From Alkanindiges sp. WGS2144 (GTDB lineage Bacteria > Pseudomonadota > Gammaproteobacteria > Pseudomonadales > Moraxellaceae), in assembly GCF_043950625.1 (NCBI RefSeq), contig NZ_CP171007.1: DNA of 32,000 nt; one strand, 5' to 3'. Under the pieces are notes generated by a model that saw nothing but the letters and a program-made list of their open reading frames with translations, made no database searches and was not told the DNA's origin. This document shows, piece after piece, positions 1 to 9,987 of the stretch (position 1 is its first letter; each line of letters opens with the position of its first letter). The translations under genes were made by a program, and so were the position numbers.

Positions 1-467
1 AGATAAAAACGCAATCCTACAAAGCCATATACGATTACCACGGCATACATAATAGCCGCGTGAATTAAAACACTTCCCTGTCCATCATTAATGACTGTAG
101 CAATCGCAAAAGACAGGGCAACTGCTATAGCTGAACCGATACAGGCATAATATTCAAACCACCGGTTCAATTTTTCAAACCAGGTAAATATCCAGGCGAC
201 AAACACAATAACGCCTACACCACTGTAAAGCTTTAACCAATACATGAGCTGGTCAGGCTCTAACAACTGATAAATACCCAGGCTCAGAAATATATATAAA
301 ACAAAAATAATAGGCCCACGATAGCGAAACTCATACGCGGCTTCGTTTTGATATTGGCGACGATAATCTTTTTCCAGCGCTGCTGGAAACCATACCAGGT
401 TTAAGCCACTGCTCAATAGCCGGTTAATTTCTTTTCGTTCCAGAATATTGGAACCATGTAGCTTCAT
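1..467 (-). CDS. Integral membrane protein, N-terminal part only (gene continues beyond the left window edge). Possibly the sensor module of a signalling protein such as a GGDEF-type enzyme, but that is not provable here.
   Basis: Hand translation of the reverse strand from ATG (465-467) is open to position 1: MKLHGSNILERKEINRLLSSGLNLVWFPAALEKDYRRQYQNEAAYEFRYRGPIIFVLYIFLSLGIYQLL...IMYAVVIVYGFVGLRFY. It has several hydrophobic helices. It is absent from the ORF track because it has no stop inside the window. Confidence 0.55.
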   Translation of the reverse strand, partial: MKLHGSNILERKEINRLLSSGLNLVWFPAALEKDYRRQYQNEAAYEFRYRGPIIFVLYIFLSLGIYQLLEPDQLMYWLKLYSGVGVIVFVAWIFTWFEKLNRWFEYYACIGSAIAVALSFAIATVINDGQGSVLIHAAIMYAVVIVYGFVGLRFY

Positions 468-735
468 TTAATATCTGTCCTAAAACCTGAGCTTTTAATC
501 CGCGTCCACCTATCCTTATGTCGTCCTGAGCCAAAGATAGTATTTATAATGTTTATAAGGCGTTTATATCAAAGCCTGTATTTTTTTCTAGAGGTATTTG
601 ATCTGGTTATATGTAATGTTTTGAAACTACTGGCAAACTAGTTCACACTTTATATAAAAACAGTGTTGCTACTCGCTTTAGCTTTTTTAAGTTTTTTTAG
701 TACACTAAAATTTTTTATGGTTAAGGATTAACCTT

Positions 736-1512
736 ATGCATACCACTGCACTAGAAGAGAAAAAATCATATAGCAACGACCTTGAAATCACACCACACAA
801 CGAGTGGTCACAAGCCTTCTGGGATCAGCTTATTCCTGCCAAAGACCGTGTGAGTCAGCACCCTCTGTTTTTAGACCTGGCAGCCGGAAAATTAAGTCTC
901 GAATGTTTTAAATATGCACTACTTAATTTTTACCCGCTGGTGGCACACTTTCCCTCCTATATGGCAATGAGCCTGGCAAAAGCAACAGCCTTCCAATTGC
1001 CCGGAGTGACCGAGGCTCGCAACTGGCTAATCCAGAACATCAAGGTAGAAGAGCGGCACTTGTACTGGTATCGTGACTGGGCAGTTGGTTTTGGGCTAAG
1101 CATTGATGAGCTGGATCATGTGTGTCCGCCTGTGGCCATGAATGCGGTGAACCATTATTTATGGAGCGTGGGTTATCGGGGAAGCCTGGCAGAAACCATT
1201 GCTGCTACCAATCTGGCTATTGAATGGGCAACCGGTGACTGGACTATTCGTGTGTATAAGGGTATTGAAGCTTATGCTGCGCACGATCAGGTCAAGCTGG
1301 GCAGTAAAACAGTTGCCTGGCTACGTGCCCATGCCCATTATGATGACTTGCATCCTTATGAGGCCATGGAGCTTATTAAGCGGCTTTGCAACCATGACGT
1401 GGTGATGCAGCAAAAAGCCTTACATGCTGCCCAGCAGGGTCTGGCTTACTATGAGCTGGCGCTGGATGAATGCTACAAAATGCAATCCAGGACAGCATCC
1501 AGGCAGTTATAA
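736..1512 (+). CDS. Heme-oxygenase-like (TenA/PqqC/CADD fold) protein with a putative diiron ligand set; UndA-like candidate oxidase/decarboxylase
   Basis: 258-aa ORF, ATG start, followed by a strong hairpin terminator. Helical-bundle-type sequence with E105-x2-H108 (VEERH), E163 (AIEWATGDW) and H199-x3-D203-x2-H206 (AHAHYDDLH). This is the ligand spacing of heme-oxygenase-like diiron oxidases. Confidence 0.6.
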   Translation: MHTTALEEKKSYSNDLEITPHNEWSQAFWDQLIPAKDRVSQHPLFLDLAAGKLSLECFKYALLNFYPLVAHFPSYMAMSLAKATAFQLPGVTEARNWLIQNIKVEERHLYWYRDWAVGFGLSIDELDHVCPPVAMNAVNHYLWSVGYRGSLAETIAATNLAIEWATGDWTIRVYKGIEAYAAHDQVKLGSKTVAWLRAHAHYDDLHPYEAMELIKRLCNHDVVMQQKALHAAQQGLAYYELALDECYKMQSRTASRQL

Positions 1513-1533
1513 TTTAATAAAAAACCTAAAATA

Positions 1534-1562
1534 AGAAAGCCTGATATATTCTCAGGCTTTCT
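1534..1562. terminator. Bidirectional rho-independent terminator between convergent genes
   Basis: Perfect 11-bp stem AGAAAGCCTGA (1534-1544) / TCAGGCTTTCT (1552-1562) with a 7-nt loop. Flanked by an A-run upstream and T-rich sequence downstream. Confidence 0.75.
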
Positions 1563-1585
1563 TGTGTGATTACTGTATTTTGAAA

Positions 1586-1924
1586 CTACTGTGCTTCTGG
1601 CGCATGCTGCTCAATTAAAGGCTTAAGCTCACCTTTTTGGAACATATCCAGCATAATATCACTACCACCAATCAGCTCTCCATTTACCCATAGCTGGGGA
1701 AAGGTTGGCCAGTTGGCAATTCTTGGCAATGTGCTGCGAATTTCCGGGTTTTCCAGAATGTTGACATAAGCAAAAGGACGACCAATCTGGCTTAATGCCT
1801 CTACCGCACGCGCCGAAAAACCGCACTGGGGAAATTGTGGCGTACCTTTCATGTATAAAATTACCGGATGTTTGGCAATTTGCTCACGAATCAGCGTTTC
1901 AGTGTTATTGGTTGCGTCAGTCAT
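1586..1924 (-). CDS. grxD: Monothiol glutaredoxin (Grx4/GrxD family)
   Basis: CGFS active site in PQFPQCGFSARA, plus WPTFPQLWVNGELIGGSDI. I place the start at the ATG at 1924 (MTDATNN...), giving 112 aa as is typical. The longer track ORF to 2023 adds an implausible N-terminus. Confidence 0.9.
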   Translation of the reverse strand: MTDATNNTETLIREQIAKHPVILYMKGTPQFPQCGFSARAVEALSQIGRPFAYVNILENPEIRSTLPRIANWPTFPQLWVNGELIGGSDIMLDMFQKGELKPLIEQHAPEAQ

Positions 1925-2107
1925 AAAACAAACCTCTTTAAATATTGCCTGATTATAGCGCTGTTTGTTGCAAGCGGCTATGGCATGACCGCAGCTTATA
2001 TCAAGAATGGCTATTGTAGCCAAAAACCATAAAACGACCCGACAACCCAGACAAAGTTTTGCTAAGATTGATTCCTATTTTTTCGTTTTTAATCAAGAGC
2101 GCCAAAG

Positions 2108-3325
2108 ATGACTGTGCCCCCAAATATTACTGCTGACTTAAATCAACCCAGTAGCCTGATGCCCACCTATGCCCGTCAACCGATTGCCTTTGTCCGTGGT
2201 CAGGGCAGCTATTTGTATGCTGAGGATGGCACGGCCTATCTGGATGCCCTGACTGGTATTGCAGTATGTGGGCTGGGGCACGCTCATCCAGTGGTGGCAC
2301 AGGCAATAAGCGAACAAGCCAGCTTGCTGGTACATACCAGTAACCTGTTTGAAATTCCTTGGCAGGAAGCGGCTGGTCGCGCACTGACCCGGGTTGCCGG
2401 AATGCAGCAGGTATTTTTTAGTAATAGTGGTGCCGAGGCCAATGAAGCCGCCATTAAACTGGCACGGATTAGTGGCCATAAAAAAGGCTTTGCCGAGCCT
2501 AAAGTTATTGTAATGGAAAAAGCCTTTCATGGTCGTACGCTTGCTACTTTGTCTGCCACAGGCAATGCCAAAGTACAGGCAGGTTTTGCACCGCTGGTCG
2601 AGGGTTTTTTACGTGTGCCTTTTGGCGATATTAAGGCAATTGAAGCGCTTGCGGCACAGCATGATGATATCGTGGCAATTCTGGTAGAACCGATTCAGGG
2701 CGAAGGCGGCATTAACACCGCACAACAGGGCTTTACCTATCTGGAACAGCTGCGTACCCTGTGTGACCAGCACGACTGGCTATTGATGCTGGACGAGATT
2801 CAAACGGGTAATGGACGCACTGGCAAGTATTTTGCCTATCAGCACACTGCCATTGTTCCTGATGTATTAACCACCGCCAAAGGGTTGGGTAACGGTTTTC
2901 CAGTAGGTGCCTGTCTGGTACAGGGCAAAGCAGTTAATTTATTTTCTGCGGGCAACCATGGGTCAACCTATGGCGGCACACCACTTGCCTGCCGTACTGT
3001 TTACACGGTCATTGATTGTCTGGAAAAAGAAGGTGCTGTTGAAAATGCGGCCAGAATGGGCACATATCTGGTTGAGCAGTTCAGGCAAAAACTGGCGCAG
3101 TACCCGGTTATAGTCCGTGGTTTTGGCCTGATGATTGGTATTGAGCTGCCTATACCCTGCGGTGAGCTGGTCGCACGGGCACGTGATGAAAAACAATTAA
3201 TTATTAATGTGACTGCCGACAGCGTGGTGCGGCTACTACCTGCCCTCAATATTAGCCAGACCGACGCTGATGAAATTGTAAATCGACTGGTACCATTGAT
3301 TGAATCGGTACTTGTTGCGAATTAG
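2108..3325 (+). CDS. argD: Acetylornithine/succinylornithine aminotransferase (class III PLP aminotransferase)
   Basis: Motifs SNSGAEANEAAIKLAR, VEPIQGEGG, LDEIQTGNGRTGK and TTAKGLGNGFP (PLP lysine). 405 aa. Confidence 0.85.
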   Translation: MTVPPNITADLNQPSSLMPTYARQPIAFVRGQGSYLYAEDGTAYLDALTGIAVCGLGHAHPVVAQAISEQASLLVHTSNLFEIPWQEAAGRALTRVAGMQQVFFSNSGAEANEAAIKLARISGHKKGFAEPKVIVMEKAFHGRTLATLSATGNAKVQAGFAPLVEGFLRVPFGDIKAIEALAAQHDDIVAILVEPIQGEGGINTAQQGFTYLEQLRTLCDQHDWLLMLDEIQTGNGRTGKYFAYQHTAIVPDVLTTAKGLGNGFPVGACLVQGKAVNLFSAGNHGSTYGGTPLACRTVYTVIDCLEKEGAVENAARMGTYLVEQFRQKLAQYPVIVRGFGLMIGIELPIPCGELVARARDEKQLIINVTADSVVRLLPALNISQTDADEIVNRLVPLIESVLVAN

Positions 3326-3416
3326 TAGGCTTAATACTCACCGTTATGCTGTCATCAGCGGTGATGATTGTCGCGATCTGGTCAAATCGGGCCTTGATCG
3401 CAGCAATCAATAATGC

Positions 3417-4340
3417 CTAGCGCTCAATGGCCCGGCCACCGGGTAGTTGGCTAAAGTACTGGGTTAATGCTTCCAGGCAGCGATAAATTTTTGTGGGTTG
3501 CTGTTCACGCTTTAACGTAACCGCATAAAGAATATAATCGGCCAGCTTCCACTGAGGCAATACCTCCACCAGATCACCCCGAGCCAGCTCCTTTTGTACA
3601 TCAACATATAAAATCCGGCTAACACCATGCCCAGCCAGACACAATGCTTTATTTACAAAGACGTTATTACTATGAATTCGGGCAGGCATATGCACAAATT
3701 TTTTCTCACCCGTGCTCACGTTGGTGAGGTGAATATCCTGTACATTCTGGATCAGATCAATAGGCAACAGGTCAAGCTGTGCAAGGTCTTCAGGCGCCTG
3801 CATTGCAGGAAATTGCCTTAAATAAGTAGGTGACGCACATAAAATTTGATCTACACGTGCCATAGGTCGGGCAATCAGGGAAGAATCAGCCAGCGCCGGA
3901 CTCATGCGAATCGCAATATCAATGCGTTCATCAATCAAATCGATATAACGGTTTTCAGCCTCAAAATGAACGGTCAATCCCGGATGCGCGGCCAGCCAGC
4001 AGGATAACGCTGGCACCACATGCATGGCGCCAAGCTCCGGAGTAGTCGCAATGCGCAAATCTCCTACCAGATCATCACGCAACTCGCTGATGCGAATACG
4101 GCCACGCTCTGCGGCAGCCACCATTTCCTGACAACTGTGAAAAAATGCCTGGCCTGCTTCGGTCAGGCTCAACTTACGGGTTGAACGATGCAGCAGCAGT
4201 ACATCCATTTCTTCTTCAAGCGCACGGACTTGCTGACTAACCGCACTGGTGGTAATGCCCAGATCCCGGGCTGCGCCACTAAAAGACCCCCGTTCCACCA
4301 CGCAGGCAAATACTGCCATACTACGTAAATTATCAAGCAT
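3417..4340 (-). CDS. LysR-family transcriptional regulator
   Basis: N-terminal wHTH FSGAARDLGITTSAVSQQVRALEEEM followed by a substrate-binding domain of about 200 aa. 307 aa. Confidence 0.9.
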   Translation of the reverse strand: MLDNLRSMAVFACVVERGSFSGAARDLGITTSAVSQQVRALEEEMDVLLLHRSTRKLSLTEAGQAFFHSCQEMVAAAERGRIRISELRDDLVGDLRIATTPELGAMHVVPALSCWLAAHPGLTVHFEAENRYIDLIDERIDIAIRMSPALADSSLIARPMARVDQILCASPTYLRQFPAMQAPEDLAQLDLLPIDLIQNVQDIHLTNVSTGEKKFVHMPARIHSNNVFVNKALCLAGHGVSRILYVDVQKELARGDLVEVLPQWKLADYILYAVTLKREQQPTKIYRCLEALTQYFSQLPGGRAIER

Positions 4341-4410
4341 TCTGTGTACTCACCTTATAAAGATATGAGTTATTTATTTTCGTTTTCGCCTAAATTTTCT
4401 TATGAACACC

Positions 4411-5304
4411 TTAGCGAGCAGGCAACAGGTTTACTGGATTCACAGGTTTGCCATTTAAACGAATCTGGAATTCTAGCATGGTTTGGGTGGTGCCGCTTGA
4501 ACCCATTTCTGCAATCTTCTGACCAGTCTTAACCCGATCATTTTCACTAACCAGAATCCGGCTGTTATGCGCATATGCTGACACATAGCCGTTTACATGC
4601 CGTATCAGCACCAGGTTGCCATACTCCGTTAAACGATCACTGGCATACACCACTTCACCGTCTGCGGCAGCACGTACCGGATCACCTACACGTCCATCAA
4701 TACGAACTCCTTTGACATCCTGTGCCAGATTAAACTGCTGAATAACAGCACCCTCCGCCGGCCATTTCCAGTTTAGGCCAGATGGCAGCGTGGTTGGCGT
4801 ATTGGGCAATATCGGGGGCGGGCTAACAGGGGTATTTACCGGTGCAGCTTTTACATTGCTAGCCTGTGTAGCAGGGCGAATGCTTGCAGTAGGTTGCTGT
4901 GCAGGCAGACGCTGGGTTTGAATAGTTACCGGGCCTGGAACTGCTGCGGTTCGCACCTGAATGCGGGGCGCATCCTTGCCTCCATGATGCAGACGCAAGC
5001 TTTGATTGGTATAGATGGTATAACTTGAATCAATATTATTTAAGCGGGCAATTTCCCGATAATCCAGACGGTAACGGGCAGCAATCTGGCTTAGGGTATC
5101 ACCCTGCTTTACCGTATAATATTGCGGCACCACAATCAGCCGGGACTGGGTAGGATTAACTACCGGCTTGGACGCACACCCTGCCATCACAATAACCACC
5201 GCAGCCCCAAGTAATGACTGGTTAAGCTTTTTGGTTATTATATAACGATGAGCTGTAAAGCTGTTATGTATAGAAAAATTGCTAACCTTTACCAACCACT
5301 TCAT
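4411..5304 (-). CDS. nlpD: LysM + degenerate M23 (LytM) lipoprotein, NlpD-like murein hydrolase activator
   Basis: Lipobox VIVMAGC. LysM module YTVKQGDTLSQIAARYRLDYREIARLNN. P/T/Q-rich linker. The C-terminal LytM domain ends in YAHNSRILV...SSGTTQTMLEFQIRLNGKPVNP, where the HxH metal motif is replaced by LEF, as in non-catalytic NlpD. Start chosen at ATG 5304 (MKWLVK...). The track ORF extends to 5364. Confidence 0.8.
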   Translation of the reverse strand: MKWLVKVSNFSIHNSFTAHRYIITKKLNQSLLGAAVVIVMAGCASKPVVNPTQSRLIVVPQYYTVKQGDTLSQIAARYRLDYREIARLNNIDSSYTIYTNQSLRLHHGGKDAPRIQVRTAAVPGPVTIQTQRLPAQQPTASIRPATQASNVKAAPVNTPVSPPPILPNTPTTLPSGLNWKWPAEGAVIQQFNLAQDVKGVRIDGRVGDPVRAAADGEVVYASDRLTEYGNLVLIRHVNGYVSAYAHNSRILVSENDRVKTGQKIAEMGSSGTTQTMLEFQIRLNGKPVNPVNLLPAR

Positions 5305-5676
5305 AAAACAGTCCTGTTTGCAGTCATATCTTGATGAATTAGAAACTTCGCGCGGTTCACGCATCCAAATTTAGCAAAGCATAACAAGAATTGACCTTTC
5401 GATACGTTTTTTTCACCAATGAATAACGAAAGCTCACATGAGCAATGGCAAAAACCCCTCAAACTTCATTTTTACTCAATAATAATTTTAATAATAAATG
5501 AATCAAGTTAAGGTTTAAAGTATTTTGAAGTTTTGCTTAAGAGTAATTATTTGGAGAGCATTTTGCTTTATTGAATGCAGCTACAATAAAAGCTTATGCA
5601 AAACCTACAAAAAGTATCATTCATATACTGCCTGGAAACGCTTATGCTAGGCAGCTTTATTTGCTGGAATATTCTT

Positions 5677-6126
5677 ATGTCTAAAAAATTGTCTCCTGTA
5701 TCTTCCCTGACAAAAAAAATCGGCTTGAATTTATCACTCGTGTGCTTAATCGCAGGGTCTGGTAGCTTAAGCTTGGCCAATGCGGCAGCCGCTAGTAAAG
5801 ACACTGACAACCGGGTCGAATTTAAAAGCTCATTGCCAGTGACTCAGGAGGAGATCGCTGTAGTTGATGTGCTTGGCGAAATCTGCCCCAAGATTCTGGG
5901 TAAAAATACCAATTTTGATGCTGGCTACAAAAAGCTGCTTGCAGACCTTCTGCCCACTATTGAACAACCAGTCCTGGCGTTACAAGCTTTACAGGAAGAT
6001 GCTGAGTACCAAAAAATCCTACAGCAGGCTCACGATAATGCCAATCGTGCTACCGTGCAGGAAAATCGTGAAGTTTGCCTCGATATTGTGCACTATCAGG
6101 CTAACAGCAAAAAAAGCAAAAAATAA
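5677..6126 (+). CDS. Secreted/periplasmic protein of unknown function
   Basis: ORF 5596-6126. The internal ATG at 5677 gives MSKKLSPVSSLTKKIGLNLSLVCLIAGSGSLSLANA/AAAS, a plausible Sec signal with an ANA-A cleavage site. The mature part is helical, contains two Cys, and ends in a K-rich tail. The start is ambiguous (5596, 5644 or 5677). Confidence 0.6.
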   Translation: MSKKLSPVSSLTKKIGLNLSLVCLIAGSGSLSLANAAAASKDTDNRVEFKSSLPVTQEEIAVVDVLGEICPKILGKNTNFDAGYKKLLADLLPTIEQPVLALQALQEDAEYQKILQQAHDNANRATVQENREVCLDIVHYQANSKKSKK

Positions 6127-6221
6127 TTTTTGTACTGCCTGCCAATCTTTTCTTGGTTGCTTACCACAACTTGGTTAGAATCTCCGGCTTAATGTTCAAT
6201 TGCTAAAATGGAATTCTAACC

Positions 6222-7382
6222 ATGTCTAGCCTACGCTCTTTGGCTGTTACTGTTTTTCTCACAGGGCTAACCTTCAATGCGCATGCTGTGACAGCGATGC
6301 CTTTGCCCCCTACTTTAGACAATAAAGCCTACGCTTTGGTGGACCATGACACAGGACAGGTTCTGGCCGCCTTTAATGAAAATGAGCACCTGCCACCGGC
6401 TTCTTTAACCAAAATGATGACCAGTTTCATTATTGAGCAGCGCCTGATGTCCGGCAAGCTCAAGGAAACTGATATGGTACGCATGAATGAATCTGCCTGG
6501 TGCCGTGGCAGCAGCAGCGAGTCATGCATGTATGTACCGCTGAATGGCTCAGCTAGCGTCATTGATATGTTGCGTGGCATTATTATTCAGTCTGGTAATG
6601 ATGCGTCCAAAGCCATGGCTGAGCACATTTCCGGCAATGAAGGTGCATTTGCCGAAGTCATGAACCAGGAAGCCAAAAGTATTGGCATGAATAATACGCA
6701 TTTTTTAAATGCGACCGGTATGCCAATGGATGGACATTACTCATCCGCACTGGATATGGCTATTCTGGCAAGGCATATTATTAAGGAAAGCTCCAAATAC
6801 TATCCCATTTATTCGGAAAAAGAATTTACCTTTAATGGCATTAAACAGGGGAACCGCAATGCCCTCCTTTATACCGACCCTAGCGTAGATGGCTTAAAAA
6901 CTGGCCATACCGAAGCTGCTGGTTACTGCCTGGCTGCTTCAAGCAAACGTGGCCCCATGCGCCTCATTGCTGTGGTTATGGGCACTAAGAGCATGCAGGA
7001 ACGCGCCAACCAGACCCGTGCCTTGCTCAACTGGGGCTTTAGTAACTTTGAAAACACCACACTTCGCCCGGCAGGCCAGACTTTAGCGACTACTCCTATC
7101 TGGTTTGGTGTGAAAAACGACGTTCCAGTGGGTCTGGCTGAAAACATGTCGGTGACTCTGCCACGTGGTCAAGGCGCAAATGTAAAAACCCAATTGGTGG
7201 TCAATCCAGGTGTTAATGCGCCTATCCAGAAAGGTCAGGTGATCGGTAAGGTAGTGGCTACCCTAGATGGCAAAATGCTCACCGAAAAACCCCTGGTAGC
7301 CCTAGAAGCGGTAGAAGAAGCCGGTTTCTTCTCACGCATGCTGGATCATATCAAGATTTTCTTTAGCAAATTCTTTAAATAG
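6222..7382 (+). CDS. dacC: D-alanyl-D-alanine carboxypeptidase, PBP5/6 class (serine peptidase S11)
   Basis: Signal peptide MSSLRSLAVTVFLTGLTFNAHA. SxxK in ASLTKMM, SxN in QSGNDAS, KTG in GLKTGHT. C-terminal amphipathic anchor FFSRMLDHIKIFFSKFFK. Confidence 0.85.
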   Translation: MSSLRSLAVTVFLTGLTFNAHAVTAMPLPPTLDNKAYALVDHDTGQVLAAFNENEHLPPASLTKMMTSFIIEQRLMSGKLKETDMVRMNESAWCRGSSSESCMYVPLNGSASVIDMLRGIIIQSGNDASKAMAEHISGNEGAFAEVMNQEAKSIGMNNTHFLNATGMPMDGHYSSALDMAILARHIIKESSKYYPIYSEKEFTFNGIKQGNRNALLYTDPSVDGLKTGHTEAAGYCLAASSKRGPMRLIAVVMGTKSMQERANQTRALLNWGFSNFENTTLRPAGQTLATTPIWFGVKNDVPVGLAENMSVTLPRGQGANVKTQLVVNPGVNAPIQKGQVIGKVVATLDGKMLTEKPLVALEAVEEAGFFSRMLDHIKIFFSKFFK

Positions 7383-7408
7383 TTGTTGCAGGAAACATCT
7401 GTTTAAGC

Positions 7409-7449
7409 GCCCGATATCGTTCACTTACCTCAAGATATCGGGCTTTTTT
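7409..7449 (+). terminator. Rho-independent terminator of the DD-carboxypeptidase gene
   Basis: GCCCGATATC (7409-7418) pairs with GATATCGGGC (7434-7443), followed by TTTTTT (7444-7449). Confidence 0.85.
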
Positions 7450-7547
7450 GTATGGTGATTACTCATACAGCTTGATTGCTGTTCATTGCTCAAATGAGGC
7501 AACTTTCGTATCATAGCGACTCTCAAGCCTTGTAGTGAAACTGCCTT

Positions 7548-8033
7548 ATGTCCTGGATGCCTCATGTGACTGTTGCTACTATTGTACAGGATCAGCAACG
7601 CTTCCTGTGCGTGGAGGAACGCAGCATGGCAGTAAGTCATCTGGTCATCAACCAGCCAGCTGGCCATGTTGAGGCCAACGAGACCTTAATACAAGCAGCC
7701 GTTCGCGAGACCCTGGAAGAAACCGGCTGGACGGTAGATATCACTGCTTTACTGGGCATTTACACCTATACCCCTCCTGCTGATACCAGCACGACTTATT
7801 ATCGCTTTTGCTTTTTGGCAAAGCCTGTCAGCCATGATGCTGAGCGTCCGCTGGACACCGGTATTGAACGCGCCCTATGGCTAACACTGGATGAGCTGAT
7901 TGATACCGCACGCGCCAGAAGCCCACTGGTTACTCGCTGCATACAGGATGCCCTGCAAGGCAAGCAATATCCACTTGATATTATTTATGAGCAGCCCTTT
8001 TTTAATCCTACGCCTGATGTACTGGACACCTAA
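7548..8033 (+). CDS. nudJ: NUDIX hydrolase (NudJ-like)
   Basis: Complete Nudix box GHVEANETLIQAAVRETLEETG (Gx5Ex7REx2EExG). It sits immediately upstream of mnmA, the same neighbourhood as E. coli nudJ. Confidence 0.75.
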   Translation: MSWMPHVTVATIVQDQQRFLCVEERSMAVSHLVINQPAGHVEANETLIQAAVRETLEETGWTVDITALLGIYTYTPPADTSTTYYRFCFLAKPVSHDAERPLDTGIERALWLTLDELIDTARARSPLVTRCIQDALQGKQYPLDIIYEQPFFNPTPDVLDT

Positions 8034-8045
8034 GGGAAAATTTTT

Positions 8046-9215
8046 ATGAGTAATTACGTTATTGTCGGTATGTCAGGTGGGGTTGACTCTTCAGTATCCG
8101 CTGCCTTGCTACTGGAACAAGGCTATCAGGTTGAAGGCCTGTTCATGAAAAACTGGGAAGATGACGATGGCACAGAATACTGTACTGCCATGCGTGATCT
8201 TGCCGACGCACAAAGTGTGTGTGACCGCCTGGGTATCCCCCTGCGTACCGCCAACTTTTCCATGGAATACTGGGATAGGGTATTTGAGCATTTTTTAAAG
8301 GAATATTCGGCAGGCCGTACCCCAAACCCTGATATTTTATGCAATAAGGAAATCAAGTTTCGTGCCTTTCTGGATCATGCCTTAACCCTGGGAGCTGATT
8401 TTATTGCCACTGGTCATTATGCGCGCCGCGGTGCAGTGAGCACCAACTCTCAAGGCGAACAATATGCGCCCTTATTGCGCGGCCTTGACCAGAATAAAGA
8501 CCAAAGCTATTTTTTACATGCGGTACACGGACGCGAAATTGCCCGGACTTTATTTCCTGTAGGAGAACTGGAAAAAAGTCAGGTACGTCAAAAAGCAGAA
8601 CAGCTTGGCCTGAGCACAGCCAGCAAAAAAGACTCAACCGGTATCTGCTTTATTGGTGAGCGCCGTTTTAAGGACTTTTTGAAACAATACTTGCCCGCCC
8701 AGCCGGGGGAAATTGTCACCGATAGTGGCAAAGCCGTCGGTCAGCATGATGGCCTGATGTACTACACACTGGGCCAGCGAGGTGGTATAGGCATTGGCGG
8801 GCTTAAAGATCAGGCTGAAGGCGCCTGGTTTGTACTGGCCAAAGATATGCAGAACAACCGACTGATTATTGGTCAGGGGCATGATCATCCATTGATGCAA
8901 AGTACCATGCTATGGAGCGAAGCCATCGATTGGGTGGCTGGTGAAGTAAATATTCCTGAGCAGGGACTGGTATGCACTGCCAAGACCCGCTACCGGCAAG
9001 CGGATCAGGAATGTATCGTGTATGCTGATGATAGCTTGCAAGCTGGTGGCGTACGCGTCGAATTTAAATATAGCCAGCGAGCTGTTACTCCGGGACAATC
9101 TGTGGTGTTTTATCAGGATGAAACCTGCCTGGGCGGTGGAGTAATTCATCATACCAATGCTGGACATTCAACCGCTCACCCTGTGGCTGCCCCTGTAGAG
9201 CGCTCTTATGGCTAA
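8046..9215 (+). CDS. mnmA: tRNA 2-thiouridine(34) synthase MnmA
   Basis: PP-loop [23 protein letters not shown] and DSTGICFIG carry the catalytic cysteines. 389 aa. Confidence 0.92.
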   Translation: MSNYVIVGMSGGVDSSVSAALLLEQGYQVEGLFMKNWEDDDGTEYCTAMRDLADAQSVCDRLGIPLRTANFSMEYWDRVFEHFLKEYSAGRTPNPDILCNKEIKFRAFLDHALTLGADFIATGHYARRGAVSTNSQGEQYAPLLRGLDQNKDQSYFLHAVHGREIARTLFPVGELEKSQVRQKAEQLGLSTASKKDSTGICFIGERRFKDFLKQYLPAQPGEIVTDSGKAVGQHDGLMYYTLGQRGGIGIGGLKDQAEGAWFVLAKDMQNNRLIIGQGHDHPLMQSTMLWSEAIDWVAGEVNIPEQGLVCTAKTRYRQADQECIVYADDSLQAGGVRVEFKYSQRAVTPGQSVVFYQDETCLGGGVIHHTNAGHSTAHPVAAPVERSYG

Positions 9216-9987
9216 ACGTGCTTTTGACCCAGCGTTGTATCAGCAACTCAATGATGCCCTGACCAACTCCAGTATTTCCGAACGGCAAAATCGTCTGTTG
9301 GCTGTGGTGGCTCTTTTTCAGGCAGCACAGCTTACCTATCTACTGGCAGCACAGGGTAAAAATGCGCTTCAGGGTATCAGCGCCCAAGCGCTGGTTAGCT
9401 TGCTTGATGCCAGTTTAACCATTAAAGCTGATGCATCCGCCAGCCTGTTCAGCCTTGACGTATTTGGTGGTCTTGAACATCTGCAAATTGGTTTTCGTAG
9501 TCTGGAAGGATCGCTGGCACAACCGTATCAGAATACACGCTCCCGCATGCCTATGCCCCGCCAGTATAGCGAAAGCTTTCGCTATGCGATGGCGCTGATA
9601 CAGCTAGAGAAAAAAGTGTATAAAAAACCTGTTTTTGTACAGCAAATAACCAGCGAGCAGGCCAATATCCAGCAGCGGCTCAATTTTTTTGATCATAATA
9701 TGCAGCATCCTGCTATTTTGGCCAGTCTTGCCAATTTGTATGTAAATACCGCCGGACAGCTTACACCACGCCTGTCCGTTCGGGGTAAACCTGAATATCT
9801 AAAACAGCAAGCCACCATTGATGCTATTCGTGCCTGTCTTTTTTCCGGCTTGCAGGCAGCACACTTCTGGCGGCAATTAGGTGGTACGCGCTGGCAACTT
9901 ATCTTTGGCCGCAAGGCCATGCTGGAAGACTTGCGTTATCTGGCCAGTTTGCGCTATCAAAATACTCCCCGTGAATCGCTTTTTTGA
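9208..9987 (+). CDS. hflD: High-frequency-of-lysogenization protein HflD homologue
   Basis: Its start overlaps the mnmA stop (ATGGCTAA, 8-nt overlap). It lies between mnmA and purB as in E. coli. The helical sequence has the conserved tail [24 protein letters not shown]. At 259 aa it is somewhat longer than the E. coli protein. Confidence 0.7.
   Translation: MAKRAFDPALYQQLNDALTNSSISERQNRLLAVVALFQAAQLTYLLAAQGKNALQGISAQALVSLLDASLTIKADASASLFSLDVFGGLEHLQIGFRSLEGSLAQPYQNTRSRMPMPRQYSESFRYAMALIQLEKKVYKKPVFVQQITSEQANIQQRLNFFDHNMQHPAILASLANLYVNTAGQLTPRLSVRGKPEYLKQQATIDAIRACLFSGLQAAHFWRQLGGTRWQLIFGRKAMLEDLRYLASLRYQNTPRESLF

Noticed and set aside
2127-3249. Several minus-strand ORFs (77-130 aa) inside argD
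   Set aside because: They are antisense shadow ORFs within a gene carrying full aminotransferase motifs.
3340-3412. Hairpins between convergent argD and lysR (TCACCG...CGGTGA with inner GCTG/CAGC; GCGATC...GATCGC) as terminators
   Set aside because: No U-run follows on either strand and the stems are bulged. They may still act as weak or Rho-assisted stops, but I cannot support a call.
4357-4377. ATAAA-N11-TTTAT dyad upstream of the LysR gene as an LTTR autoregulatory box
   Set aside because: The arms are only 5 bp of pure A/T in an AT-rich region, so chance occurrence is high. The geometry does not match the classical T-N11-A core cleanly.
5864-6178. 104-aa ORF overlapping the 3-prime half of the secreted-protein gene in another frame
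   Set aside because: It is an alternative frame of the same strand with no signal or SD. The 5596/5677-6126 frame has a signal peptide and a sensible stop, so it is preferred.
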